55,363 nt of DNA from a virus (IMGVR_UViG_2721755498_000004), one strand, 5' to 3'; shown: positions 16,277 to 26,846, counted from the stretch's first letter. Made by a program: numbers and translations. Notes: generated from the sequence alone by a model not told the origin.

Positions 16277-17046
16277 CTACACACACTGCTCCTGAAAATA
16301 CTGGTCATCCAGTGCAAAGATCACTGCTTCAAATTCATCGCGCTCAATCAATACCGGATGAGTGGCTAAATATTCATTTATCTCTGTCAGAGATAAAGGC
16401 AAAGGCACCCCAGCCATTCCAGCATAACGTCGGGCACGGGATATTACCGAATAGGCGTACAACAACTCCTTAAGCACCGGGTCTATTTCTGGTTCCGGTA
16501 TCGGTGGCAACCTGAGTTTTTCTCGCTTCCATCTTGCCTTTTCCCCCCTTTCTCCCCCGAACTCCGATAACCACCGCTGGGCAGCTATGGCTTTTTTATC
16601 GTATCCTGCTTCTGCTGCTCTTTACCCTGGGCGATGCTGGCTGCTTCTGCAAGGATCTGCCAGTACAACTCTGGATTCTGCTTAAGCAGCGCGATCCCTC
16701 GTTCTGCCGTATATTCCAGTGCAACCTCAACACCATTAACCAGTTCACCAACCCCTTTCCAGTCTTTCAGCAGATAACGAGCGGCATTATCAATGAGTAA
16801 ATCATCAACAGAATCCACCTCGGAAACCTTTGAAATATCAAACTCCTTCGTTCCGACGTGCAAACTGGCATCCATTTTCTCAATGTGGCGACGGATTAAT
16901 GCATTACGGGAGCGATACTGATCGTTATCACTGCTTGCCACCAACAGTTTTAACCCGTCTACAGGTTTTAAGTCCTTCATTGGCGTAAACCAGCGTTCTC
17001 CACCAATGATAATTTTCTGATTAAGAATAAACATCCATAACCTCAT
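16277..17046 (-). CDS. tail assembly chaperone G-T fusion made by programmed -1 frameshift
   Basis: The -1 frame from the heptamer AAAAAAG (plus 16591-16597) stays open to 16277 and is the frame of ORF 16277..16510; same arrangement as lambda G/GT. Confidence 0.7.
16585..17046 (-). CDS. G: tail assembly chaperone G
   Basis: 153 aa between major tail protein and tape measure; ends ...IKKP with slippery A AAA AAG just before the stop. Confidence 0.8.
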   Translation of the reverse strand: MRLWMFILNQKIIIGGERWFTPMKDLKPVDGLKLLVASSDNDQYRSRNALIRRHIEKMDASLHVGTKEFDISKVSEVDSVDDLLIDNAARYLLKDWKGVGELVNGVEVALEYTAERGIALLKQNPELYWQILAEAASIAQGKEQQKQDTIKKP

Positions 17047-17094
17047 TCAATGCGTCCCCCTGTAGGGCAGTACCACAGGAGAAATAACGGAAAA

Positions 17095-18057
17095 TCAACT
17101 AATCGCCTCAGCACTGGCTTTAGCGATCACGGCAGCCGGGGAATTTTTTTTTCTGGTTATCGTAGGTGCTTCATCTGCTGCGGTAATGCTCAATTGAACC
17201 TGGATAATGTCGCTATTACCCCCATCAGGCCATTCACCTGACACCTGAACCTTCGAGAAACTGAAAGTGTATGCCCCCTCTCCATTCGAAAGCGTGAAGC
17301 TGAACGGAACTGTTTCTCCAGTCAGTGTTTTACTCCAGATTTCCCACGCGGCTTTAGACCATGAAAGCGTCACCGTACCGGACGGTGTAAAAGTAGTCGG
17401 AATATTTGCTCCTGCATAAGGCGAGCCAGTCCCGATACAACGCTGTGTCTGGAGTTTGTTATCGAACTGAATATCAAAACTGTCGATACAAAAACCGTTA
17501 CCTCCGGCAACACCATTCAGGCTTACTGCTGAAACCTCCTTAAACGAATAACGTAGCTTTCCTGCACTATCCACAGGTTCGCCTTTGATAAAATTCGTAT
17601 CATCGGCCTTTGATTCCCAGTCCAGTCCGGCAAAGGTTACGGTCGCTGTAATATCGCCGTCGTTAGGGATCTGCATTTTCCATGAGCCAACCTGCGCTCC
17701 TCTGACGACAGAGGCAATTCCGACATCGGACGCATAGGTCGCCAGAGAAAATGTTATTCGCTCATTCCCCATTGTCAGAGAATCGCCTGACCATTCCGCG
17801 CCGAAACAGGATGCAAGAAAATCATCATGTTGACCCCAGCGAAATTTGGTACCAACATCACCGCCGACATCCACAGTGCCAGGCGTCGCCCCCTGAGCCA
17901 TCCGGGAGCCACCAATCTCATTATTTTCGCCTTTATTCTGGGTGGGTTTTACTCCCCAGCTTGTGCGTTTTAATAAACTCCAGTCACCACTTGCTGGCGT
18001 AGTGCCTGCAACCGTCTCCCGGATAAATGCCGAGATAACCTTTGCACCTGAACTCAC
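17095..18057 (-). CDS. major tail protein (not lambda gpV-like)
   Basis: 320 aa immediately upstream of G/T; Gly/Thr/Ser-rich beta-type composition; does not match recalled lambda V. Called by position. Confidence 0.65.
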   Translation of the reverse strand: MSSGAKVISAFIRETVAGTTPASGDWSLLKRTSWGVKPTQNKGENNEIGGSRMAQGATPGTVDVGGDVGTKFRWGQHDDFLASCFGAEWSGDSLTMGNERITFSLATYASDVGIASVVRGAQVGSWKMQIPNDGDITATVTFAGLDWESKADDTNFIKGEPVDSAGKLRYSFKEVSAVSLNGVAGGNGFCIDSFDIQFDNKLQTQRCIGTGSPYAGANIPTTFTPSGTVTLSWSKAAWEIWSKTLTGETVPFSFTLSNGEGAYTFSFSKVQVSGEWPDGGNSDIIQVQLSITAADEAPTITRKKNSPAAVIAKASAEAIS

Positions 18058-18083
18058 AGGAGCCTCCTATGTCATTAATTGCG

Positions 18084-18476
18084 CTAGAGCGCGCGATATG
18101 GAATTTGAAGATTAAGCTGGAACCAGCCATTCTTTTCGCCAACGGCTATTGAGGAAACAGCCTGGTAACTGAGACGATCGTCATCCTGAAACTCAAACAG
18201 TTCCCGCAATTTATCGGCTGTCTCAGTAATGAGTTTTGAACCAGAACCTGCGGGGACAAATAACTGAATAATGATTATCCCCGTGCGATAAACAACCGGC
18301 CCCGCGCCAATTTCATTAACTCCAGCCTGCCCGGAAATATTACTTAACCGCGCCCAGATTAACTTACCGGAAGGATCGAACGTTGGCCCGTTCGGATACA
18401 ATACGTCTTTTCCATCAATAATCGTCTGTGCCGTCATTCTGGAAATAACCGTATTTCTGATTTCAGTAAACTTCAT
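18084..18476 (-). CDS. tail terminator protein, lambda gpU-like
   Basis: 130 aa, N-terminus MKFTEIRNTV resembles lambda U (MKHTELRAAV); directly upstream of the major tail gene. Confidence 0.6.
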   Translation of the reverse strand: MKFTEIRNTVISRMTAQTIIDGKDVLYPNGPTFDPSGKLIWARLSNISGQAGVNEIGAGPVVYRTGIIIIQLFVPAGSGSKLITETADKLRELFEFQDDDRLSYQAVSSIAVGEKNGWFQLNLQIPYRAL

Positions 18477-18853
18477 TTGTAAGCCTGTAAAACACCATGA
18501 AAAGCGTTGGCATACACGCCAGTTGGCGCTTGTTGTGAATGACCGTTTTCAAGAGCCTCTGCATAAGGAAGGTTATTCTGGATATAAATAACCCCGTAAT
18601 TTGCAGCTTTCGAAATAACCCCGATCCCACGCTGAACAGCAATCGTACCGTTCGGATCCACGTTATCAGATATACCAAAATCGGGATGCTGTAACGACAC
18701 CAGGTTGTTATTTCTGAAACGTCCGGTATCAACCGGAGCAGCAATATCAATAGCAGTAAGAATCTGCATAGCGATGTAGCGAATCTTCAGCCCTACATCT
18801 TCCTCAATCATCCCGGCAAATATTGACGGTTCTATATCCCATGCCTTTGCCAT
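18473..18853 (-). CDS. tail completion / head-tail joining protein (HK97 gp10-like)
   Basis: 126 aa in the head-to-tail joining block; TGRFRNN motif; function by position. Confidence 0.5.
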   Translation of the reverse strand: MAKAWDIEPSIFAGMIEEDVGLKIRYIAMQILTAIDIAAPVDTGRFRNNNLVSLQHPDFGISDNVDPNGTIAVQRGIGVISKAANYGVIYIQNNLPYAEALENGHSQQAPTGVYANAFHGVLQAYK

Positions 18854-19237
18854 TTACGCTCTCCTTAACTGGATAGAGTAAACTGATGCGGAAGGATCTA
18901 CACTTGCTGTAATTACCTCGTATCGTTGTAACTGCCTTGATACAGGATCATAAATCTCAATAATATGGTCGACAGCTGGTTTATCCGTAACCTCGCATAC
19001 CAGAGCGGTTAATTTAAGGTCACCATGCAAAATATTAATCCCATCAATTCTGCCCAGCTTATAACGTGTCAACACGCCTCGCCCGGTATAGATTGCGGTG
19101 GATTCGCCGCCAGTTTCCGTCACAGGATCCCAGTGCCGGTGCGTAACGTAAGAACCAGAAAAATCACTCACGGCGTCCGCTAAATCCTCATCAAAAGCAG
19201 CGGCAACCTCTGACTGAATCTCTTCACGAAGCCCCAT
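18854..19237 (-). CDS. head-tail adaptor / head closure protein
   Basis: 127 aa, in the small-gene block between capsid and tail genes. Confidence 0.45.
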   Translation of the reverse strand: MGLREEIQSEVAAAFDEDLADAVSDFSGSYVTHRHWDPVTETGGESTAIYTGRGVLTRYKLGRIDGINILHGDLKLTALVCEVTDKPAVDHIIEIYDPVSRQLQRYEVITASVDPSASVYSIQLRRA

Positions 19238-19632
19238 TATCCCCCCCTCACAACCCTGACTTGTGAGCGACTAAGTCCGTACGGTTTCAGCAGTGCTATC
19301 GCAAGCTGTAAATCGGGTTCAAGCAATGCAGTGCTGTTTGCTGGCAACTCAGAAAATGATTTCGATACACTGACCCCGTCAGCCGACACGGCTTTACTGA
19401 TAACAACGCCAGAATCATTTTTCTGCTGAAACAACTTACCGAATGAGGCAATTCTGGCTGCATATGCTCCCGCAAGTTTTACCTCTTCCGGAATACGGGA
19501 TGGGTTAATTTTCAGGTTGAAGCCATTAAGCCAGGCATTAGCCATTAAAACAGCTTTATTTTTAGCGTTCTCACTCGTCCAGGCGTTCCCAAACGCATTA
19601 TCAACGTCATCACAGGTCACGTAAGTGATCAT
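19237..19632 (-). CDS. head-tail connector protein
   Basis: 131 aa, ATGA-overlapped with the downstream gene; first structural gene after the capsid gene. Confidence 0.45.
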   Translation of the reverse strand: MITYVTCDDVDNAFGNAWTSENAKNKAVLMANAWLNGFNLKINPSRIPEEVKLAGAYAARIASFGKLFQQKNDSGVVISKAVSADGVSVSKSFSELPANSTALLEPDLQLAIALLKPYGLSRSQVRVVRGG

Positions 19633-19635
19633 GTG

Positions 19636-19812
19636 TTACTCCTGAGTTTTCCAGCCCATGGCCTTCCAGTTGTCAACTTCATCAGGATGAACATTAGCGA
19701 TAGTTGGTGCGCCGGGAAACATCTGATAATCGGTCACCATAACCACTAACTCAATTTGCGTTTTTTGTGCGGCTTCACGCTGTGCTCTTTGCTCTTTAGT
19801 TAATCCGGCCAT
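19636..19812 (-). CDS. hypothetical small protein (58 aa)
   Basis: Hand-found ATG..TAA ORF (MAGLTKEQRAQREAAQKTQIELVV...) below the ORF-track size cut-off, filling the gap between capsid and connector genes; weak RBS. Confidence 0.3.
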   Translation of the reverse strand: MAGLTKEQRAQREAAQKTQIELVVMVTDYQMFPGAPTIANVHPDEVDNWKAMGWKTQE

Positions 19813-19821
19813 ATGCCCCCC

Positions 19822-19847
19822 ATTAAAAATGGGGCCGAAGCCCCATT
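19822..19847 (-). terminator. rho-independent terminator candidate after the major capsid gene
   Basis: 8-bp stem aatggggc/gccccatt with cgaa-type loop, followed on the minus strand by a T-run; 8 bp past the capsid stop. Confidence 0.55.
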
Positions 19848-19854
19848 TGAATGT

Positions 19855-20994
19855 TTAACCAAGAATCAGACAACCATGTGCCGGCTTCACTGATGAAACA
19901 CCCCATGCCAGTCCAACTTCATAGCGCACCTGGCGATACTGACGATACAGTGCAATCTGGAACGTAATCCCTGAAATCGGGTCCGTAACATTCATTACAT
20001 CATCAGCATTATCGCCACCTTCCGGCATTGCCGGAGTACGGGATGCCAGCAGAAACGCGTTGCGATCAAACGCCATATTTGCAGTAAAGGCCCCAACAAC
20101 TGTGATGGCAGTATCATCGGCCAGATCCTGACGCAGTCCGGGCGCTGCAAGAGTAATCAGATTGCTGGTCGCTGCTGCCACAACATACTGATTCGGATCA
20201 CCAGCGAACGTAACAATCTGACCTGCAGAAATACTCCCCGAACCAGTATCAATGGAAATAAGAACATCGCCTTCTTTTTTCTCTCCATTCACGAGATAAC
20301 CAGTTGCAGCAACCTTTGGCGCTCGTTTCACACCTGCCGAACTGTGAATATTGAATCCCTCCAGACGCCCCAACACGCCCTCACGCAGTAGCTGTTCAGT
20401 GCCGGATTCATTCACTTTAAACAATACAGACTGTTTTCCACGCAAATTAGCAATGGCAGTGGAGCCAAGCACCATCTGCAGATCGGTTGTCGGTGCGCCG
20501 TTATCCTCCAGAACCTGACGAGCCAGAGCAGCATCAGAAAGATCATCTTTAACACCAAACGGCGTTGTCCCTGCGGTTCCCACGGCGCGGGAAGCACCGA
20601 AATACAACGCACCAAGATCAGCCTCAACCTCGTTTGCAAGGGCGCGAAAAGCCTGCTTGAACTGATCAGCCAGAATGGTGTTGTAAGTCCCTGAAGGGCC
20701 AAGAGCCAGTTGTTCTTCACCATTCCATTTAACCGGTGCCATTTTGGATTTAGTAATTTTTACATCAACAGTGCCAATATTTTGATCACCGGTATTCGGA
20801 GCTGACGGCCCCGGTACGATATCTTCGGTTTTCGCCTCAGGCGCAACTGGCGCGGTTACCGTCTGATCTTTTGCTGCGGCGTCAGCTTTTGCGTTTTTTG
20901 CTACCGCAGGGATAAAACCTACCTGCTCACGGGATACAACATCCAGGGCGGTATAAATAGTCGGGATCAACCCGGTCAGGGTATTTCCAGCCAT
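19855..20994 (-). CDS. major capsid protein
   Basis: Largest ORF after the scaffold gene. Start placed at internal ATG 20994 (MAGNTLTGLIP...), which has an AAGGA RBS; the track's earlier start at 21087 would overlap the scaffold gene. Confidence 0.75.
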   Translation of the reverse strand: MAGNTLTGLIPTIYTALDVVSREQVGFIPAVAKNAKADAAAKDQTVTAPVAPEAKTEDIVPGPSAPNTGDQNIGTVDVKITKSKMAPVKWNGEEQLALGPSGTYNTILADQFKQAFRALANEVEADLGALYFGASRAVGTAGTTPFGVKDDLSDAALARQVLEDNGAPTTDLQMVLGSTAIANLRGKQSVLFKVNESGTEQLLREGVLGRLEGFNIHSSAGVKRAPKVAATGYLVNGEKKEGDVLISIDTGSGSISAGQIVTFAGDPNQYVVAAATSNLITLAAPGLRQDLADDTAITVVGAFTANMAFDRNAFLLASRTPAMPEGGDNADDVMNVTDPISGITFQIALYRQYRQVRYEVGLAWGVSSVKPAHGCLILG

Positions 20995-21092
20995 AATTAA
21001 ATATTCCTTAAAAATTTGCGTAATTGTGAATAGATGGAGTAATGAGCTATCCAGCCCTGACACCAGCTCCCATCCGGAAGCTGACAAATGTG

Positions 21093-21857
21093 TTAATCAA
21101 CGATTGTGATACCGTCTTTCAATGCGTTTTGCTTACCTGCAACATCCAGTGCATCAAAAGCAGAGCGTTTCATCGTTTTCTGACCAATATCATGCTGTGT
21201 CGGACGGGAGCCGCCGCCATTGTTGCCACTGGCTTTCAGGATGTAGTCTTTCTGAGGGTTATTTTCGACAAGGAACTCCAGCGCCTCATCAAACTGCGCC
21301 AGTTCGCCAGGCTTCGCGCGGGAATAAATTTTGTTGCCGGAAGCGTCATAAGCAACGATCCTCCCTTCTTCCACTTTGAATGCCTGCCCGAAGCGGGCTT
21401 GTAATAAATCTGCCGGGATCGCAATTTTATCGGCAATATATTTTGAACCCGCAAAACTACCGCCAATCATAGAATCGTAAAGCTGCTTCTCCAGCATCTG
21501 AGAGCGTTGCTTTTCTTCATCTAATTGCTGCTGAAAATTTTTCGTAATTTCTGCCTTAACCTGGTCAACCTGTCCCGCATCGAGCAGCTTTTTCTGGTCG
21601 ATTTTTGACAGCATTTCCAGTGCCTCGATCGCCTTCTTCGGGTCTTCGATAGCGGCAAACTTAGCCAGTTTTTCCTCTGCAGCTTCTTTAGCCAGGCGAT
21701 GATTTTTTGCCTCGCCATTAAGCTCTGTAATTTTTTTTGTCGCCAGCGGTGCATCGAAGCCAATTTCTTTACCATCGTCGTGCACATAAACTGGCAGGCC
21801 AGCAGTATCAATTTCTGCGTATTGTTTTCCGTTAATCTCGACCGTTTTCAGTTTCAT
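21093..21857 (-). CDS. capsid scaffolding protein
   Basis: Charged, helix/coiled-coil-rich (many E/K/Q), directly upstream of the capsid gene; start chosen at MKLKTVEING with RBS. Confidence 0.65.
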   Translation of the reverse strand: MKLKTVEINGKQYAEIDTAGLPVYVHDDGKEIGFDAPLATKKITELNGEAKNHRLAKEAAEEKLAKFAAIEDPKKAIEALEMLSKIDQKKLLDAGQVDQVKAEITKNFQQQLDEEKQRSQMLEKQLYDSMIGGSFAGSKYIADKIAIPADLLQARFGQAFKVEEGRIVAYDASGNKIYSRAKPGELAQFDEALEFLVENNPQKDYILKASGNNGGGSRPTQHDIGQKTMKRSAFDALDVAGKQNALKDGITIVD

Positions 21858-21961
21858 ATTAGTACCTGGTTTAAGTCTTCCGACAGTTACGCTGCTCACC
21901 ATCCGGATCGCAGCAATAAAAAAGGCCACCCGAAGGTAGCCTGTTGTAATAAATGATTTAT

Positions 21962-23077
21962 TTAAATCCCTGCTTTTCTGAATACCTGTGCATCACGCTC
22001 ACGGAGCTGCTTCAGCGTCAGCCATTCGCCTTTATCGGTGTAAAATTCATCTGGCGACATACCACCATCCCGAATCAGCTTTGCTCGGGTTTCCCCCACA
22101 ATCTGTTTTTGTCTGGTGTAAGGCTGACGCAAAAACCATTCCCTGTAGGTTGTATCTCCGGCCACCACGCCATCCATGCTGGCCCGCTCAGCCGGGGAAA
22201 TATCGCGAACATCAATACCCAGTTCCTTCGCTGATTTCAGAATGAACGTTTCCGTTGAGCGGCAGCAGAAATGAATTTTTCCCGGCCCCTGCAAATAAGG
22301 CACGCTGTGACCTACAGGTTTATTATTCAGCGTATATTTGAGGCGATCCCTGATTCGACATTGTGGCGTAGTACGATTATCAAGCGTTGATAACCATTGC
22401 TTACCCTTAATCAAATCATTATTCGCGCTGGCAAAACTCTCACGGGCAGTAGCAGCAAGATGTCCAACCGCTGTTTTTGCAATGCTGGCCGCATTAGCCC
22501 GGCTCATCTGCAATGCACCATCCTGAAATCCCTTACTGACATGTCCCCGAATTTTTCTTGCGATCTGCTCATTGGTATCCCCCAGCAAAAAACCCTGACG
22601 CACTGTATTTGTTATGCGTCTGAGCCGATCCGCCTCAAGATTTGAGGCCCACTCACTGAGCAGTCGTCCCTGGAATGGTCGCGCCATTGCAGCGGCATAA
22701 AGTGCATCAGGAGAGATACCAACCAGAGGGTGAACATCAGCAACAAAATCAGGTAGCATAGAATCAAACAGACTTAACTGATAACCAGCCTCATAAATTG
22801 CCAGCTCGTTCAGCTCTCCGGAGAGACTGGTAAACATGCTGTTAATAGCAGTGCGGTTAACCTCTCTGACGCTCGCCAGAAGTGACTCCAGGCGCTTAAC
22901 GGTAAAACTACCTGGATCGAGGCTGTCCAGTGCTATCAGCAGGCGAGCAGTAAGTTCCGCATCGCTGTCATTCAGTATTTTCACCATTCTGGCAGCCACG
23001 CCAGTGCTATAGCGGGATATCCAGACTGCATGAGCAATTGATTCATCACGCAGCCGTTCATTCACGGTTTGCATCAT
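21962..23077 (-). CDS. head morphogenesis protein (Mu gpF / SPP1 gp7-like)
   Basis: 371 aa directly after the portal gene, the usual place for this family. Confidence 0.6.
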   Translation of the reverse strand: MMQTVNERLRDESIAHAVWISRYSTGVAARMVKILNDSDAELTARLLIALDSLDPGSFTVKRLESLLASVREVNRTAINSMFTSLSGELNELAIYEAGYQLSLFDSMLPDFVADVHPLVGISPDALYAAAMARPFQGRLLSEWASNLEADRLRRITNTVRQGFLLGDTNEQIARKIRGHVSKGFQDGALQMSRANAASIAKTAVGHLAATARESFASANNDLIKGKQWLSTLDNRTTPQCRIRDRLKYTLNNKPVGHSVPYLQGPGKIHFCCRSTETFILKSAKELGIDVRDISPAERASMDGVVAGDTTYREWFLRQPYTRQKQIVGETRAKLIRDGGMSPDEFYTDKGEWLTLKQLRERDAQVFRKAGI

Positions 23078-24464
23078 TGATTTCCATCAGCATTACACTC
23101 TGATTTTTTAATTCATCGATCACTTCCTCTGGACGGGAATCCTGATCGATAAATTTCAACGCCTGCAACACCCGAACCGCATCAATCTGACGTATATCAC
23201 CGCCCTGACGCAATGACTGAACAGCCAGCGCGGAGGATGAGTCAAACACCTGGGCAGATACATCCAGTTCAGTGCGCACATCAACATTGCCACCGCAACT
23301 CTCTCCGATCCATTCCGCCATTATCTGGAGAATATTATCGAGGGCATCTTCGAGGGAGTTCGCCATTGTATAAAGCGGCGAGTTTTCCTGCATTCGCTCT
23401 TCATTAGTCTGATCAACAGATTTGGTGGATGTATTTTCAGCACGCAGAAGTTTAGCGCCGGCATGACGCATCTGATTTTCCAGCTTCTCAAGTGATGTTT
23501 CGCCAGATTCTATCGCTGCGCCACTATGTTCAACATATTCGAGGCCATTTTTTGTTCTGTCCTCAAAAATCGTAGCGGTGGATGCACCAACCGTCAGTTC
23601 TTCATTCCTGTCCAGCCCGTAGGCCACCAGCAATGGAACGCGGGCAACATGAAGAATATTGTCCTGCTCGCTCTGGCTTTGCCAGTGCTTGATATTCAGC
23701 AAGCCAAGATTAAGCAATGGCGGTGTACCACGCATAAATCCTGTTTTCTTCGTGTACAGTGTTACCAGAGGAATATCATCACGGCTGGTATTCCATGACT
23801 CATGAAGCGTCCAGACAGATTCGCCATTAGTGCCTTCGCTACGTCGATAAATTTCAACTCGACGGGGCATAATATGGCGGATCTGCTCCACCTTCTTCTG
23901 CCCGAAATCATCACCATCAATAATGATGACCTCTTTTATACGCAAATCAGTGAGAACAACTTTCCCTTTTTCAACTTTCGATTTCCATCCAATAACCTGG
24001 CGTGGATTCAGCATCGTAACGTACGGACGACCACCGGTCGCGTTTTCATCGGCTTTTGTCCGAATCTCTTTCATATCCGTTCGTGGATAGTCCACCAGCG
24101 CATGTGCCACACCATACTGAAATGCGAGGCTGAAAAATTGCTGCGCCCACACATCCAGTCGGCTCCCCTCCATGTCGATATTTTCTGCATATTCCCTGAT
24201 TTTTGCCGGCGTTTCCTCACTCAATACTGTCGGCTCTGCAAATATGCGCCCAATATTTTGCTTGATGCTTTCTTCATACACAGGAAGTAGCGTAGCCACA
24301 GACAGGCGTTTTTTATAAGCGTCTTCATCTTCGTTAGGCCATTTTGGGAGATAATTTTCCCCCTGCCTGCGCATTTCAAGCGTACCGCCCATCAGTGCGT
24401 CGTTAATATCCCACGCCTCCAGCATATCGTTATAGTCGAGGTTGGGTGTTGATATATCAGCCAT
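23058..24464 (-). CDS. portal protein
   Basis: 468 aa immediately after the large terminase; acidic, helix-rich, portal-sized. Confidence 0.7.
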   Translation of the reverse strand: MADISTPNLDYNDMLEAWDINDALMGGTLEMRRQGENYLPKWPNEDEDAYKKRLSVATLLPVYEESIKQNIGRIFAEPTVLSEETPAKIREYAENIDMEGSRLDVWAQQFFSLAFQYGVAHALVDYPRTDMKEIRTKADENATGGRPYVTMLNPRQVIGWKSKVEKGKVVLTDLRIKEVIIIDGDDFGQKKVEQIRHIMPRRVEIYRRSEGTNGESVWTLHESWNTSRDDIPLVTLYTKKTGFMRGTPPLLNLGLLNIKHWQSQSEQDNILHVARVPLLVAYGLDRNEELTVGASTATIFEDRTKNGLEYVEHSGAAIESGETSLEKLENQMRHAGAKLLRAENTSTKSVDQTNEERMQENSPLYTMANSLEDALDNILQIMAEWIGESCGGNVDVRTELDVSAQVFDSSSALAVQSLRQGGDIRQIDAVRVLQALKFIDQDSRPEEVIDELKNQSVMLMEINDANRE

Positions 24465-24466
24465 AA

Positions 24467-25777
24467 TTAAATCCGAAGTGATGTGACTCTTCCGGTCGGT
24501 TTGACAATAGGGAATTGCTTAACGATGAAATAACCTCCGGCATCATTCGGGTGATCATTGCCAGATTTTTTATCAGGCTCCCCCTTCTCATCCCAGACCT
24601 GTTGCTCCAGAGATTCGGCATATAACGGGCAACGCTTCACATTAACTTTATAGCGACGCTCACCATTGGCATTGCAGAACATTGCATTCATTGAGTTAAC
24701 GCGATCTTTTACTGGCGGGTTCGAGCTGTTCACCACAACGTTAAAACCAGCCTGCTTAAGCTGGGCTATATCCGTCGTACTTGCGTTACTTGATTTTCTG
24801 GAATCCCCGGAAGCATCTGGATAAATATAAATTTCCCTCACTTTCCGGTAATCATTCCCATCATACAGCCAGAAGCGTTCTTTAATGATGCGGATCATAT
24901 CCGGCGTATCGTAGGCATTGATGATTTCAGTTACCGCACATGGAAGCCCCAAACGCAGCACATGGACGATTCCCGCCATCTTTCCAACGTTAAAATCCAT
25001 CCCAATATAAATCGGCTCCCCTGGCTGCTCCACTTCTTCGCAATTATTCAGTTTCCGGTCAAACTGATGGTAAACAGTACCACTTGTCAGGTTAGTAAAC
25101 TGTCCTCGAAGATAGGCTTTAATCAGCTCTGGAGGGTATGATTCAAGAAGCGAAGGAATGTAATCTGCTGGCAGGTTCTTTTCATTATCGAAAGTAGATG
25201 CCTGCACCAGACCATACAGTGAGGCCAGCTCTGTTTTTTCACGCACGGCTTTAACAAACTGCTCGTAGACAAATTTGAATCCTTCCGGCGTGGTTGTAAC
25301 GTCAATACCGTTGCGAAGTCCATCAATCTTATAACGCATACGTGCAATTATCTTGCGCCACGCCGTTCTGGCTTTTTCCTTCGGCAAAATGTCCAGTTCA
25401 TCCACCAACGCATTACCAATTTTGAAACCGACGATCGTTTGTGGCTTCTCCATCGATCTGCAGATAGTGGTTCCCCGATACTGGCGTCCGTAATAAAAGT
25501 GAACCTCTTTATTTCCCTCATTAATTTTTACGTTCAATCCCCAGTCAGCAGCAACTTCTTCCACTGTAGGGTAAAAAATATCGCGAATTTGGGGATACGT
25601 TGGCGCAAAATATCCCTGATTTATACCTGGATGCTCCCAAATCCCCTTGCATATGCCGCCACACCCAACCCATGTTTTGCCCGAGCCAAAACCAGCAATA
25701 TAGGCTTTAAATTTATGGGGCATTGAAAGAAATCGCGCCTGAGGCACATTAAGCGTCGGAGAGATCATCTTCATCAC
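24467..25777 (-). CDS. terminase large subunit
   Basis: 436 aa with N-terminal Walker A (GFGSGKT) and downstream acidic nuclease-type motifs; follows the small subunit. Confidence 0.85.
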   Translation of the reverse strand: MMKMISPTLNVPQARFLSMPHKFKAYIAGFGSGKTWVGCGGICKGIWEHPGINQGYFAPTYPQIRDIFYPTVEEVAADWGLNVKINEGNKEVHFYYGRQYRGTTICRSMEKPQTIVGFKIGNALVDELDILPKEKARTAWRKIIARMRYKIDGLRNGIDVTTTPEGFKFVYEQFVKAVREKTELASLYGLVQASTFDNEKNLPADYIPSLLESYPPELIKAYLRGQFTNLTSGTVYHQFDRKLNNCEEVEQPGEPIYIGMDFNVGKMAGIVHVLRLGLPCAVTEIINAYDTPDMIRIIKERFWLYDGNDYRKVREIYIYPDASGDSRKSSNASTTDIAQLKQAGFNVVVNSSNPPVKDRVNSMNAMFCNANGERRYKVNVKRCPLYAESLEQQVWDEKGEPDKKSGNDHPNDAGGYFIVKQFPIVKPTGRVTSLRI

Positions 25778-26843
25778 TCCTTACTCTGGCATCAACCACA
25801 TTAATATTGATCGCCACAGGCTGGGGATGTTCATTATCTTCCACCGTTTCGATCTCTTTGCGCAGCTTCTGGTTTTCCATTCTGCGCCGTTCAATTTCCA
25901 GTTCCTGTAGCCGCTTATCTGCACATAAAGCCCCGCCAGCAGAAAGCAAACGCAACAATTCACGCCGGGCGGCAGCCTTATCCTCCAGCAGGATCTCAAC
26001 GCCGAATTTTCCGAATTTTGCCCCTGCATATAATTGCCGCGCATCCCCATCAAGCAGAGTGGTATCAGCCATATAAAGCTGTCCCGTTCCCTCACCGCAG
26101 CACTTCGGGCAGTCCGGATTGGGTATGGCGTTATCAACAAAGCCGAGGCCTCCATATTCCGGTTCGGGTTTGCCATCTCTGGAAGCCTGCGCCGCTGCCT
26201 TGTCGAATTCTGCTATATCGCGCCACTGGTAGAGATGATTCTCGCCCCAGCAATAACGGCAGTTAACACGGCGAAATTGTGCAAGCTGATTGGGGTCGGC
26301 CAGGACAATGGCCATCAACTGACTCACTAGTAAATCCAGGTCTGCGGTATAGCGTTTCTGGTACTGATTGCGGAAGTAGCTGATAGCGCGAAAAACCCTG
26401 GCATTTCTAAGCATACGACTGGCGTTGCTGTTAGCTGTCGCACCTTGCCCCTCATAACCGGCTAGTCGGTACGCCTCTGTCGGCTTTTTACCCTGAGCAA
26501 CAAGCATCGCAAACTTAGCCTGCTGGTCAGAAATGCCGAATTCATCGGGACAGAACGAAAATTCCTCCGCGTCGCCCTCATTCAGGCCCGCATCGAATAC
26601 TGGCTTTTTTTCCTGAGATTTTTCGTTCCGCTTTTGTGCAGTCTGCGCAGATTTTTTCTGCGCACTTTTTTGCGCAGTTTTGCGCATTTCTGTCTGCGCA
26701 TTTTTCGGAGTTTTTTTGATGTAACGACGGGCTGTTGCGTAATTCAGTCCCCTTGCTTCACACCATGCCACCGGAGATATACCGGAGCGGGTGTATTCAG
26801 CAATATACTCCTGCTGCAACGCCCCCCAGTCCGGTCTGCTCAT
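25749..26843 (-). CDS. terminase small subunit (P27-family-like)
   Basis: 364 aa; N-terminal HTH-like segment, KRNEKSQEKK basic linker, paired CxxC..CxxC motifs, acidic C-terminus; immediately upstream of and overlapping TerL. Confidence 0.65.
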   Translation of the reverse strand: MSRPDWGALQQEYIAEYTRSGISPVAWCEARGLNYATARRYIKKTPKNAQTEMRKTAQKSAQKKSAQTAQKRNEKSQEKKPVFDAGLNEGDAEEFSFCPDEFGISDQQAKFAMLVAQGKKPTEAYRLAGYEGQGATANSNASRMLRNARVFRAISYFRNQYQKRYTADLDLLVSQLMAIVLADPNQLAQFRRVNCRYCWGENHLYQWRDIAEFDKAAAQASRDGKPEPEYGGLGFVDNAIPNPDCPKCCGEGTGQLYMADTTLLDGDARQLYAGAKFGKFGVEILLEDKAAARRELLRLLSAGGALCADKRLQELEIERRRMENQKLRKEIETVEDNEHPQPVAININVVDARVRSDEDDLSDA

Positions 26844-26846
26844 CAG

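Noticed and set aside
20995-21087. 31-codon N-terminal extension of the capsid ORF
   Set aside because: The extension would overlap the scaffold gene end and lacks an RBS, whereas the internal ATG at 20994 has an AAGGA RBS.
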